IMG/VR virus record: IMGVR_UViG_3300017754_001850
Location: 2,451 to 66,450 of that record
Length of the DNA: 64,000 nucleotides
Strand: one strand, 5' to 3'
Origin: a virus
Taxonomy: Duplodnaviria; Caudoviricetes
A program made the translations under genes and the position numbers. The notes below the pieces were generated by a model, which was not told where the DNA came from, searched no databases, and was given only the letters and a program-made list of their open reading frames with translations. Shown piece by piece: positions 1-9,252 of the stretch (positions are counted from its first letter, which is position 1; each line of letters opens with the position of its first letter).

Positions 1-1
1 C

Positions 2-1843
2 CTGCCGTTCTATCGTGTGGTCGAGGGCGGCGATGGTTCGGTGAACTTCCAGTCTTCGGGGTCCGCCATGGCGAGCGCGCCTCGATTGGAACGGTTGAAG
101 GGGAGCGAGTTGGATATCGGCGACCCCACCGATAATATTGTCCGTAACGTCAACGCTCTCACCTCTATGGCCATGAAGAACGTGGCTATGCAGCGGGTGG
201 CGCGCGACGGGATCAGGACCGGATACATCAAGCAGGTGCCTAAGCCTGTCGCTGGCAAGAATAACATCAAGGTCTGGGTCGACGGCAAAGAAAAACACTT
301 CGAGGTGCTAGACCCCATCCTCTACAACTCCGTCACGTCTAGCCGTATCACTACGAGCGAGGCATTGAAGGTTGCGGGGACTCCGGCGAACTTGCTGCGA
401 TTCATGGTGACGCATGACCCGGTATTCATGATTAACAATCCCGTGCGCGACTCTACGATGGCGTGGCTGCAGGGGTATACCGACTTCCCGATGCAGAAGA
501 TCCTGCAATCGGCGTACAAGGCGATCAGGAACAAGCCTGACTTTGAGGCAATGAAGCGGGCTGGAGTTGTTGGTAGCGGGATCAGAGGTGAGGGCGGAGC
601 TACTGGGACTGGGAAGAATTTGCGGGAGTCGTATACAGGGAAGCAGTCGGTGATGAGCAAACTCGACGACTTCTCCACCAAGTCGGAAGCCATTACCCGC
701 CGAACCGTATACGACGCCGTCATGAAGCGCACTGGTGGCGACGAGGCGCAGGCTCAGTACGAGGCGCGTGAGTTGCTGAACTTCGGGCGGCGTGGTGCTT
801 CCCGCACGATCCAGGTAATCAACGCGCTCATCCCGTTCCAGAACGCCGCATGGCAGGGCGCTGATGTGTTGTATCGAACAGCGCGCGGGCATGGCGCGAA
901 CAAGGATATGCAGAAGCAGTTGGCGACAAGGGCTGCTACGATGGCGGCTCTGTCGTCTATGTACGCGATCCTTGTTAGTGAATTGCCTGCATGGCAGAAC
1001 GCGACCGACGAGGAGCGTGATGCCAACTGGTTTGTCCCGATGACGAACGGTGATGCAATCAAGATCAAGATCCCATTCGAGGCCGGGTACGTGGCGAAGG
1101 TAGTGCCAGAACGATTGGTTGCGATGTACCGTGGGCACGATACAGGCAGGGAGTTTATCGACGCTTTCGGCAGATTCCTGTGGTCAACGATGAAGGTTGA
1201 CGTAGTCCCGCAGTTCATGAAGCCAGCGAGCGAGGTGACCTACAACTACAGCACGTTTCGAGGCAAGTCGATTGAGCCGGAGTACATGCGCGATCGCGAG
1301 AAGTCGCAGCGGTTTGATGAGAATACCTCGGAACTAGCGAAGAAGATTGGCGAGCATACTGACACGCTCTCCCCCCTCCAGATCGACCACCTGCTACGCG
1401 GGTACGGCGGAGCGCTCGGCATCTACGCCACGCAGTTTTTGAGCCTGATGGCTGATCCAGAATCAGCGAAAGCCGCTATGTCTATGGATGAGAGGATGCC
1501 GCATGACCTTCCAGTCCTTGGGCGCTTCTTCCAGCGTCCTGATTCCGGCAAGGAATTGGCGACGTACTATGAGACGACCGACAAAGGGACGCAGGCTAAG
1601 AACGCACTGAAGGACGGCCTCGAACCGACCGATGAGCGCGTGGCGCTGACGCAATACGAGAAGGCGCAGAAGCCTATCTACAAGAAAATACAGGCCATCA
1701 ACAAGCAAGAGAAGTTGGTCCGCGAGGCCATGAAGACTGGCGGGTTGGAGCCTGGAGATGCCCGTGCGATGCTGCGCGATTACCGCGAATTGAAGCTGGA
1801 GTTGGCGAAACAGGCGAACGAAATTTCAAAGCCCTTGCGGTAA
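2..1843 (+). CDS. C-terminal part of a giant internal virion / large polyvalent protein (LPD38-like), 5'-truncated
   Basis: Frame is open from base 2 (LPFYRVVEGG...). Motifs such as LLNFGRRG..INALIPFQNA, KIPFEAGYVAK and SPLQIDHLLRGYGG resemble LPD38 as recalled. Confidence 0.7.
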   Translation: MPFYRVVEGGDGSVNFQSSGSAMASAPRLERLKGSELDIGDPTDNIVRNVNALTSMAMKNVAMQRVARDGIRTGYIKQVPKPVAGKNNIKVWVDGKEKHFEVLDPILYNSVTSSRITTSEALKVAGTPANLLRFMVTHDPVFMINNPVRDSTMAWLQGYTDFPMQKILQSAYKAIRNKPDFEAMKRAGVVGSGIRGEGGATGTGKNLRESYTGKQSVMSKLDDFSTKSEAITRRTVYDAVMKRTGGDEAQAQYEARELLNFGRRGASRTIQVINALIPFQNAAWQGADVLYRTARGHGANKDMQKQLATRAATMAALSSMYAILVSELPAWQNATDEERDANWFVPMTNGDAIKIKIPFEAGYVAKVVPERLVAMYRGHDTGREFIDAFGRFLWSTMKVDVVPQFMKPASEVTYNYSTFRGKSIEPEYMRDREKSQRFDENTSELAKKIGEHTDTLSPLQIDHLLRGYGGALGIYATQFLSLMADPESAKAAMSMDERMPHDLPVLGRFFQRPDSGKELATYYETTDKGTQAKNALKDGLEPTDERVALTQYEKAQKPIYKKIQAINKQEKLVREAMKTGGLEPGDARAMLRDYRELKLELAKQANEISKPLR

Positions 1844-1863
1844 CGTAGTTACTGTGGTAGGGT
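1835..1863 (+). promoter_or_regulatory. sigma70-type promoter with GTAAC-N3-GTTAC operator; leaderless
   Basis: TTGCGG-17nt-TAGGGT with ATG 6 nt downstream; inverted repeat at 1840-1852. Confidence 0.55.
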
Positions 1864-1869
1864 TGGGGT

Positions 1870-2022
1870 ATGGATAAACCTAAGCGCGTCAACCTGACGC
1901 TCGACCAGAAGACCTACGACCAGCTTCGCCAGTCTGCCTTTGACCGCCGTATGCAGCCGACTGCCCTTGCCGGTGAGATCGTGAAGGAGTGGGTGGCTAA
2001 GGATGAGGTGGCGAAGCCATGA
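1870..2022 (+). CDS. ribbon-helix-helix (RHH) DNA-binding protein, 50 aa
   Basis: Translated by hand: MDKPKRVNLTLDQKTYDQLRQSAFDRRMQPTALAGEIVKEWVAKDEVAKP. ATGA-coupled to the next gene. Confidence 0.75.
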   Translation: MDKPKRVNLTLDQKTYDQLRQSAFDRRMQPTALAGEIVKEWVAKDEVAKP

Positions 2023-2234
2023 AGATCGCATACTACGGGCACTTTTCAGATGCAGAGAAAGCCCAAATAGTGATTTACTTGCTAAAGAAAAAGTTGGCTG
2101 GCGAGTCTCTTCCTGAAGTAAAGCGAGTAATCAACGCCAAGACCACGCAGATGCTCAAGAAAATCAACGTGTCTCCAGCGGATTACGTTAAGGCGATGGG
2201 CGACAATTGCGATGTTGAGGAGGTGGAACTGTGA
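2019..2234 (+). CDS. hypothetical protein
   Basis: 71 aa ORF coupled by ATGA and GTGA overlaps on both sides. Confidence 0.7.
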   Translation: MKIAYYGHFSDAEKAQIVIYLLKKKLAGESLPEVKRVINAKTTQMLKKINVSPADYVKAMGDNCDVEEVEL

Positions 2235-2803
2235 CCACCGCCCTCTACTCCCGCGTCAGCACCTCCGACCAACACGTAGAGATGCAGACCGAAGACCTGC
2301 ACCTGCATTGCGCCGCCCGTCGCTGGACGGAGTTAAAGGAATACTCCGACGTTGGCATATCAGGATCCAAGCGAGAGCGACCGGCACTCGACCGCCTGCT
2401 TGCCGACATCAAGGTAGGCCGCGTCGATCGCGTGGTAGTGTGGCGCTTCGATCGCATGGCGAGAAACGCCCTACACTTGCTAGAGATGATCGAGTTGTTC
2501 CGCATGTACAATGTGGAGTTCATCTCGATCAAGGAGAATCTGGATACGAGTACGCCGATCGGCAAGGCAATGATTACCGTACTGGCGGCGATCAGCGAAC
2601 TCGAACGCTCGACTATTCGCACCCGCGTCAAAGCTGGAATCGAGAACGCGAAGAAGAAGGGAGTGAAGTTCGGTCGCCCTCGCAAGGTCTTCGACCGCAA
2701 GATCGCCGAGGAGATGCAACGCAATGGTGTCTCAACGCGCGGCATCGCCACTGCCCTCAATGTTTCCCAGGCTGTCGTTTGGAGAGAGTTGAAGCGGGGC
2801 TGA
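2231..2803 (+). CDS. small serine recombinase (resolvase/invertase family) with C-terminal HTH
   Basis: YSRVST catalytic serine, DRMAR, ELER..IRTRV..G...GRP and a terminal HTH. Confidence 0.95.
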   Translation: MTTALYSRVSTSDQHVEMQTEDLHLHCAARRWTELKEYSDVGISGSKRERPALDRLLADIKVGRVDRVVVWRFDRMARNALHLLEMIELFRMYNVEFISIKENLDTSTPIGKAMITVLAAISELERSTIRTRVKAGIENAKKKGVKFGRPRKVFDRKIAEEMQRNGVSTRGIATALNVSQAVVWRELKRG

Positions 2804-2828
2804 AGATGATAGCATTGTCCGTAGAGAC

Positions 2829-4622
2829 ATGCTACGAACTATCGCTGTATTTTTTCTCCTGACATGCGCCGCCTACGGACAATACGGCATCGCTCGCAAG
2901 GTAATCACTGGCAGTGGTGCTCCACTCTCAGCTAACTGTGACGCTGCAAACGAGGTCGGCAACGTCTATGCAAGGACCAATGGGGCCGCTGCTTACGCCA
3001 CGTTTTATGTGTGCGGAAACACAGCGGCCTCAACGTATGCGTGGGAGCTGTACAGCACAGGCGGGTCCGTTAGCTCGGGTGCCGCTGGCAGTCTATCGTA
3101 CTACGCGACGACGGGGACGGCGCTCAGCCCATTAACGACGGCGTCCGGTATCTTGACGTGGTTGACCACCCCATCATCGAGCAACCTGCGAAGCGCAGTT
3201 ACCGATGAGACTGGCACTGGCGCGCTTGTCTTTGGGACTTCGCCTACACTGACGACACCAGCGCTTGGAACCCCATCGGCGATCGTGTTGACGAATGGGA
3301 CCGGACTGCCAGCCTCCGCCATCACAGGGCAGTTTGCCACGAACGCGCAGACCTCAACGTATCAAGTTCTGGCAGCGGACTTCACTTCGTGCAAAACGAT
3401 CATCGTCGCCAGCGGGACGTTCACGATTACCCTGGTAGCAAGCGGATCGCAGCCTGCCGATGGCGCGTGTATCACCGTGTTGAATTACGGAACGGGCGTT
3501 GTAACGCTGGCTCGGAGCGGGCAGAACATTAATGGCGCTGCGTCGAATCTGACAGGGACGGCTGGGTCAGCCACAGCGCCGACTGGGTGGCGCGTGTACT
3601 CCAACGGAACCAACTACTTTGCGGAGGTGATCGGCGGGGGTGGTAGTGGCGCTGTGTCCAGTGTCACCGCTGGTGCCAGTGGCGCTTTGACAATCTCCCC
3701 GACGACTGGCGCGGTTGTGGTGGACGTGGATACTGCCTACGTGCCTGGCAAGACTACTAGCAATACCTGGACCGGCGTGAATGATTTCAGCGGTGCCACC
3801 CGTACCGCTCCAATGAAGGTTGGAACATCCGACCCTGGTACCTGCACGGTTGGCGACTTCCTGTTCCGCAGCGACACCGGCACTACGAAAGCCTGCACCG
3901 CATCGAACACTTGGACCGCCGTTGGTAGCGGCGGCGGCACCGTCCGCACCACCTACGCTTCTCTACCGGCGTGCGGGAGTTCCAACACCAACTACCAGTA
4001 CGTCCTGACTGACAGCATTTACACCGCCAACTGCAACGGGTCTTCGTATGCCTACTGGACAGGGCAGAAGTATATCCCGACGTTACCATGGTCGAACGGG
4101 ACAGCCTACGGTAGCGGGGCCACGGTCACAGCTACAACTGGAAGCGTGCTGTTTGATGGCGGCGCTCCGAGAGGTGGAGATGCGCTACGCGCGTATGTGA
4201 AGGCCGTTCCGGCAGCGCCGTACACCGTGATTATCGACATCGACCATTACTCGGCGGGGTCGGTTACATCCTACTGCGGGATGTTCCTGACCGACGGTAC
4301 GACAATCGGATCGAATAAAGCGATTGCGTTTACGGTAGGGAACTCGGCCTTGTCGCTGACAAAATACAACGCGAGTTCCTCCTTCTCTGCCAACTACTTC
4401 AGCTACGCGGCGGCTCAGTCAAGAGGCAAGCTCTCGTTCCGCATGGTCGACGACAACACCAATCGCACCTGGTCAGTCTCGCAAGACCGGGTTAACTGGA
4501 CGCAAGTGCAGCAGGAAACCCGAACTGACTTCCTGACCGCCACACATTACGGCTATGGATGTAATATGACAGGCGTTGGCGGCTTCGTCACGATGACCGT
4601 CGAAGGTGTCTATGCGCAGTAG
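2829..4622 (+). CDS. fibre-like protein with Sec-type signal peptide
   Basis: MLRTIAVFFLLTCAAYG|Q; Gly/Thr/Ser-rich fibre segments; 10 Cys in the mature part. Confidence 0.7.
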   Translation: MLRTIAVFFLLTCAAYGQYGIARKVITGSGAPLSANCDAANEVGNVYARTNGAAAYATFYVCGNTAASTYAWELYSTGGSVSSGAAGSLSYYATTGTALSPLTTASGILTWLTTPSSSNLRSAVTDETGTGALVFGTSPTLTTPALGTPSAIVLTNGTGLPASAITGQFATNAQTSTYQVLAADFTSCKTIIVASGTFTITLVASGSQPADGACITVLNYGTGVVTLARSGQNINGAASNLTGTAGSATAPTGWRVYSNGTNYFAEVIGGGGSGAVSSVTAGASGALTISPTTGAVVVDVDTAYVPGKTTSNTWTGVNDFSGATRTAPMKVGTSDPGTCTVGDFLFRSDTGTTKACTASNTWTAVGSGGGTVRTTYASLPACGSSNTNYQYVLTDSIYTANCNGSSYAYWTGQKYIPTLPWSNGTAYGSGATVTATTGSVLFDGGAPRGGDALRAYVKAVPAAPYTVIIDIDHYSAGSVTSYCGMFLTDGTTIGSNKAIAFTVGNSALSLTKYNASSSFSANYFSYAAAQSRGKLSFRMVDDNTNRTWSVSQDRVNWTQVQQETRTDFLTATHYGYGCNMTGVGGFVTMTVEGVYAQ

Positions 4623-7137
4623 TCTCCTCCTCCTCATCCTTTCCATCCCCGCCTTCGCGCAGGTCTACAGCGCCGTCAGCGTAACCGACATCAGCCATAG
4701 CGCTGCGACGGTCAAGTGGACAACCAGCGTTGGTGCTGGCACCTACATCAAATACGGGCCGACCGCTGGCTATGGGTCTGTATCGGAAGACAGCGGTAGC
4801 AGTAATACGGTTCACGAGTGGTTCGTCTCTGGACTCGACGCCAGTACGCTCTACCACTACATGCTCTGCTCGAACTCCGGCAGTTGCGATGCCAGCGACC
4901 GCACGTTCACCACCTCCGCGCTCCCGTCGCCTCACCCTGCCATGCCGACGCTGCCAACCACTACACCTGTGCTGCCAGCGATGCCGACTGTGTGGGGTAC
5001 TACGGCGACTATCACTGATTGCTCGGCGCTGCAAGCGGCGTTCACCTCCGCTGCCGCTGCTGACGGCAACGATAACCACCTCATCAGTATCACAAAAACC
5101 CTCGACTGCTCGTTCAATATCAACTACGGTGAGGGCGGTGGTGGGCCTGCAGCGATCACGTTCCCGGCAAAGTCAGGGGCTAACTCCAGCGGCACAGGGC
5201 AGATCGTCATTACTACCACCGGCACGCTGCCCCCTGAAGGTAGCCGGATCACCAGCGACTACTACTCCGAGATGCCCATATGGCGCGTAGGTCCGTTTGT
5301 ACCTGAGCGCGCTGGCCCTGAGTCGGTCGGCACCTGTATTGCTGGACAACTCTACTGGTCCTTCGTCGCGGCTGGATGGGGACTGTACGAATGTACGACC
5401 CCAGGAACCAACACCTACACACTCGCAGCGAAGACCGATTTCAGCGGGGCCATTCCTGCGTCATGCGCGAACGACAACACTTGGTACAACAAGACCGACG
5501 CATCCGGTGACCCGACTCGCCTCTACTGGTGCGGGGATAGCAAACTCTACGCCATTAACATCGGCAACACCCCCGCAGGCGGCGCGATCGGCTTCGACGC
5601 CTCAGCCCATCACTATCGGTTCAGTGGCATCCGCTTCCTCGCTACTCCCACAGCGAGCGGGGGCGTGCCGGCGTCATGGGCCTCATATGCCTACAACTTC
5701 AACTTCATGTACGGCATCTTCGACTGGTACACAAATGCCTCCATCAACAACATCTACCTCGATCGGATCCAGGTGGATGTGTCCTACCCCTACCGGCTGC
5801 GGTGGACGGCCATCACGAAGGGCACTGACATCATCATCGCCAACAGCATCATAGCCAGCGACTACAACGTCCCTACGCTTGGCGACTCGACCGGCTGTAA
5901 CCCCTGTCACACGTCGTTCATTCAACTCAGCGGAGCGGATAATATCCTGTTAGACAATAATTTCGTTGACAGCACTGGAATCACGGTATTCGCCACGGAC
6001 GATGCGCCGTCTACGGCGTCGACTGATGTGACGGTCACCCGCAACTACTTCGTGAATGGCAGCAAGCACATCGCTGGTACCGCCGCGAACACGACCTACT
6101 GCGGCGGCTGCTTCTTTCCGTCCCGGCACCAAATAGAAATTAAGATCGGCGCTCGATGGTTGATCGAGGGGAACCAGTTCGACTCTCACTTCACGTCGAC
6201 GAACAACCAGGGCGACCTCATTAACTTCTCAACTCGGCCTGGATCGAAACGGCTTCCAGTCAGCGATATGTGGGTCAAAAACAACAAGGCATGGAGCATT
6301 CCTAATTTCGCGTACATCGTCGGACACAACGACTACAACGAGCAGGCGGCGGCGACAACCCGTGTGGCGTTCACCGGTAACCTCGTCTACGACATCGACG
6401 GCGACCGATACCCCACTGGTGGAAGCGCCCGCGAGGGTCGTGGATGGCGCGTGTTCTACGGCGCTGAGGACACTGTGATGACCGGCAACACTATCCTCAA
6501 CGCCTGCACCGGCTACGCTCCATACCTAGCCATGAACGACCTCGGCAACAGCGAGGGTTTGGAACTTCACAACAACATCGCGAGCGGTTGCTCGGTCAGC
6601 GCGCCGTACTATTTCCTTGGCCGCGTAACGACTGGCGGAGGAACCACAGGGCTTAACGCCGGATGGCCTGCAACGACCGGCTACAGCGTGACGAACAACG
6701 TGAACTACGATGCTGGCGGTGGACTCGTTGGCACTGGCTACCCCTCCGGCAGCTACTGGCCTGCTTCGCTTGCTGCTGTGGGCTTCGTCGATACTTCGAC
6801 GCTCGACTACCGGCTGAAGTTCTCGTCGACCTACGCACCGAATGGGGCGGGCGCGGACCCGGATGTGATTAAGGCGGCTTATGGGGAGGTGTATAATCTT
6901 CGCGCCTTGTCGATCACGTCCAGCGGGGCGACGGTGTACTACACCGCCCCGACCTCAACTGAAAATTGTGTCGTGGAGTATGGCACCTCTGCCACCCCAG
7001 GCACCGGCTCCCGCGTGACTGACTCCACGGGTAGCCGGTTTAGATCGAAGGCTCTGACGGGGTTGACGACGGGGACGGCGTATTACGCGAGAGTTTACTG
7101 CTCGCAGATGGCTAGCGTTTCGTTCACTACACAATAG
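4612..7137 (+). CDS. signal peptide + FN3-like domain + right-handed beta-helix + FN3-like domain
   Basis: MRSSLLLLILSIPAFA|Q; ATVKWTT...SGL....YHY FN3 pattern at both ends; repeated IxNN/IEGN beta-helix strands. Start placed at ATG 4612 after GAAGGTG. Confidence 0.75.
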   Translation: MRSSLLLLILSIPAFAQVYSAVSVTDISHSAATVKWTTSVGAGTYIKYGPTAGYGSVSEDSGSSNTVHEWFVSGLDASTLYHYMLCSNSGSCDASDRTFTTSALPSPHPAMPTLPTTTPVLPAMPTVWGTTATITDCSALQAAFTSAAAADGNDNHLISITKTLDCSFNINYGEGGGGPAAITFPAKSGANSSGTGQIVITTTGTLPPEGSRITSDYYSEMPIWRVGPFVPERAGPESVGTCIAGQLYWSFVAAGWGLYECTTPGTNTYTLAAKTDFSGAIPASCANDNTWYNKTDASGDPTRLYWCGDSKLYAINIGNTPAGGAIGFDASAHHYRFSGIRFLATPTASGGVPASWASYAYNFNFMYGIFDWYTNASINNIYLDRIQVDVSYPYRLRWTAITKGTDIIIANSIIASDYNVPTLGDSTGCNPCHTSFIQLSGADNILLDNNFVDSTGITVFATDDAPSTASTDVTVTRNYFVNGSKHIAGTAANTTYCGGCFFPSRHQIEIKIGARWLIEGNQFDSHFTSTNNQGDLINFSTRPGSKRLPVSDMWVKNNKAWSIPNFAYIVGHNDYNEQAAATTRVAFTGNLVYDIDGDRYPTGGSAREGRGWRVFYGAEDTVMTGNTILNACTGYAPYLAMNDLGNSEGLELHNNIASGCSVSAPYYFLGRVTTGGGTTGLNAGWPATTGYSVTNNVNYDAGGGLVGTGYPSGSYWPASLAAVGFVDTSTLDYRLKFSSTYAPNGAGADPDVIKAAYGEVYNLRALSITSSGATVYYTAPTSTENCVVEYGTSATPGTGSRVTDSTGSRFRSKALTGLTTGTAYYARVYCSQMASVSFTTQ

Positions 7138-7138
7138 A

Positions 7139-7687
7139 CTATGGAACGTGGCTCCAAGTTTTTCTTTGAACGATGAACCTGATATTGCTTTTACTTGTCC
7201 CGACTTTAATACTGATATCGGAGTAAGTCGATCCGCTTGCCCTTAAATGTCGTATGTGTAATACGTCAGCTTCCGTTAATATCGCCTTATAGTGAGCCTC
7301 CCCTTTGTGAACCATATCAGGGAATCTCCTGTAAAAGTTTTTATCTCCAATCATTCCTCTTTTTCGAGTAACCATATCGGCCATGTTTTCTAAATGTGTA
7401 CCAAGCCTGAGATGCGCCGGATTACAGCACGCCCGGTTGTCGCAGGAATGGATGACGAATAATCTTAATGGGTCCACCCCATACGCAATCGAATAGGCAA
7501 TTCGGTGTGCTCTAAAGCACCGCTGTGGCTTTTCTTTGCGCTTATACCAGCACCCGTATCCATTACTAAACCGACAAGCACCCCATTCCCAGCACTCTTC
7601 GTTTGTCTTCCCTGAAGCTATCTTCCAAAAATCTTCACGCTCTTCTTGCGTCAAGATAGGTAGCCGCCTACAGTTGTTATTAGCCAT
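7139..7687 (-). CDS. HNH homing endonuclease with C-terminal HTH
   Basis: CWEW..G...GYG, RAHRIAY, HSCDNRACCNPAHL.LGTH.ENM; AT-richer than its flanks. Confidence 0.9.
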   Translation of the reverse strand: MANNNCRRLPILTQEEREDFWKIASGKTNEECWEWGACRFSNGYGCWYKRKEKPQRCFRAHRIAYSIAYGVDPLRLFVIHSCDNRACCNPAHLRLGTHLENMADMVTRKRGMIGDKNFYRRFPDMVHKGEAHYKAILTEADVLHIRHLRASGSTYSDISIKVGTSKSNIRFIVQRKTWSHVP

Positions 7688-7714
7688 GTGATTCCTCTTA
7701 AATCGTGTGGTCAG

Positions 7715-7756
7715 AACCGCGCGTGATGCTTGAACATCGCACGCGGTTTCGTTTTT
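7715..7756 (+). terminator. putative intrinsic terminator
   Basis: Imperfect GC-rich stem AACCGCGCGTGATG/CATCGCACGCGGTT followed by TCGTTTTT. Confidence 0.5.
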
Positions 7757-7765
7757 AGGATACCA

Positions 7766-8245
7766 CTACGACCACCTAGAGAACGGCAACTCCACCCGGT
7801 TCGCCCGCGCCCGCTCCAGCATCTCGGCCACTCGCGCCCGCTCGGCCTCAGTGTCAAGCATCGGCAGCATCTCGATCTCCTTCTTCTCCGCTCTCGACAT
7901 CCGCTGCATCTTCTGCGACTGAGGCGGCTTGACGTAGACTCGCGACTGCCTGTGCTCAGGCTCAGCCCTTACCTTCTTCATGTGCTTCCTCTTCGCCTTG
8001 CGGATGACTTCCTTCTTGTTCTCTTCCATGTGCTCTCGGCACAGGTTTAGCTTCGATAACGGCTCGGCTGGCTTGTCGCACTTCTTGCACTTCCCACGGT
8101 CGCCGATAGCCATGTACCTGGATGGATCGATGTTGTTGCGGACTCGCAGGCGCTCTCGCGTTTCGACGTTTTTGCAGGCTTTGTGAGCGCCTTTGATGAG
8201 TTCGCCGCCCAGGTGGCAGAAGCGGCAGGTGGTGGCGCGGGTCAT
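7766..8245 (-). CDS. hypothetical protein with CxxC pairs
   Basis: 159 aa; CRFC, CKKC and LCREH motifs; coupled to the upstream gene. Confidence 0.65.
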   Translation of the reverse strand: MTRATTCRFCHLGGELIKGAHKACKNVETRERLRVRNNIDPSRYMAIGDRGKCKKCDKPAEPLSKLNLCREHMEENKKEVIRKAKRKHMKKVRAEPEHRQSRVYVKPPQSQKMQRMSRAEKKEIEMLPMLDTEAERARVAEMLERARANRVELPFSRWS

Positions 8246-8496
8246 GGCCTGCCTCCTCGTGCGGAGTCGATGGCGGCGCGAGTGATAGGCACGTTGCGCC
8301 GAAACAGAGATGACGGGATGAGTTGTCCGTGCTCGATACAGCGTTGCTCGTATGCCATCTCGCCCTCTAGATAATCCATGCGCTTGCTATCCTCCCGCGC
8401 CTCCGCCAGCGCGGCTTCGAGGGTGGCTACCCTAGCCTGTAACTGGCCTTCGCTCGCCATTAATGCGCAAATAGCATCGTTTGTGGTACTGTTCAT
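8242..8496 (-). CDS. hypothetical phage protein (Ead/Ea22-like tail)
   Basis: DSKRMDYLE...RAAIDSA motif; SD GAGGAAGG. Confidence 0.6.
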   Translation of the reverse strand: MNSTTNDAICALMASEGQLQARVATLEAALAEAREDSKRMDYLEGEMAYEQRCIEHGQLIPSSLFRRNVPITRAAIDSARGGRP

Positions 8497-8741
8497 CCCT
8501 TCCTCTCCTTCTCCCACTCGGCCTTGCAGTAGTCCTCGAACGTCGGATAATCATGCCATTTCGGCGACAAATACAGAAGCGCCAAGCGCATATATCCCGC
8601 ACTGTCTCTCCCGAATATCCAGCTTTGAAACTCCAGAGCCTCAGCGCCCATCCGCAGAGCGTCATGCTCCTCGCAGATCAACGCGTCACGGTCGATTACC
8701 CGTAGCACCTCCGCCGCGCGTTTAATACTCATCGTGTCCAT
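8493..8741 (-). CDS. hypothetical protein
   Basis: Coupled ORF; KRAAEVL N-terminal motif. Confidence 0.55.
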   Translation of the reverse strand: MDTMSIKRAAEVLRVIDRDALICEEHDALRMGAEALEFQSWIFGRDSAGYMRLALLYLSPKWHDYPTFEDYCKAEWEKERKG

Positions 8742-9042
8742 TCTGTATCTCCCATGCCGGAAGGTGTGAAAAATCCGGCTCCCTGTAGTTATCGATCAAC
8801 GCCTGTGCCTTGTCAGCCACAGCCAACGGGGCATACCAAGCAAAGCCACTCCACTTTGCTCCAAGCTTCTTGAGTTCGTATCTGACGGGGTACCCGTTAC
8901 CGGACAATCGCCGATTGAGGATAGGTCGCATCACCTTCTTGACAGGTGCTTTGGCGGCTTCCGTAGCGGCGATAATGTCATCAATCGTCGGGGATTCGGT
9001 TACCTCGGTAATTCGCACCTCCGCCGCGCGTGCGGGGGTCAT
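8722..9042 (-). CDS. hypothetical protein (GNxYPVRxELKKLGAKW domain)
   Basis: ATG 9042 after GGAG; DUF5710-like motif as recalled. Confidence 0.6.
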   Translation of the reverse strand: MTPARAAEVRITEVTESPTIDDIIAATEAAKAPVKKVMRPILNRRLSGNGYPVRYELKKLGAKWSGFAWYAPLAVADKAQALIDNYREPDFSHLPAWEIQNGHDEY

Positions 9043-9221
9043 GGCTCCACCTTCGGAAACTCGACATTCCCCGCGCAAATTTCGTACCCAAACGCCGTGT
9101 TGATAGCCTCCCGCGCCGCGTCCGTCCACTTCTTCGAGCCGTCCGTGCTCGCGTCACTCATTAGCGCCGTGATGGCTTTCTGCGCCTCCATGTAGGCATC
9201 GCGCCGTTCTGCTTTCGTCAC
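9039..9221 (-). CDS. hypothetical protein
   Basis: GTG start after GGAGGTG; ATGA overlap downstream. Confidence 0.55.
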   Translation of the reverse strand: MTKAERRDAYMEAQKAITALMSDASTDGSKKWTDAAREAINTAFGYEICAGNVEFPKVEP

Positions 9222-9252
9222 GCCCCCACCTCCAGCAACCAGCCCCAGCGAT

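Noticed and set aside
2231-2803. Phage integrase
   Set aside because: At 190 aa it lacks the recombinase and zinc-ribbon domains of large serine integrases.
2829-7137. Diversity-generating retroelement acting on the fibres
   Set aside because: No reverse transcriptase and no TR/VR pair differing at adenines was visible.
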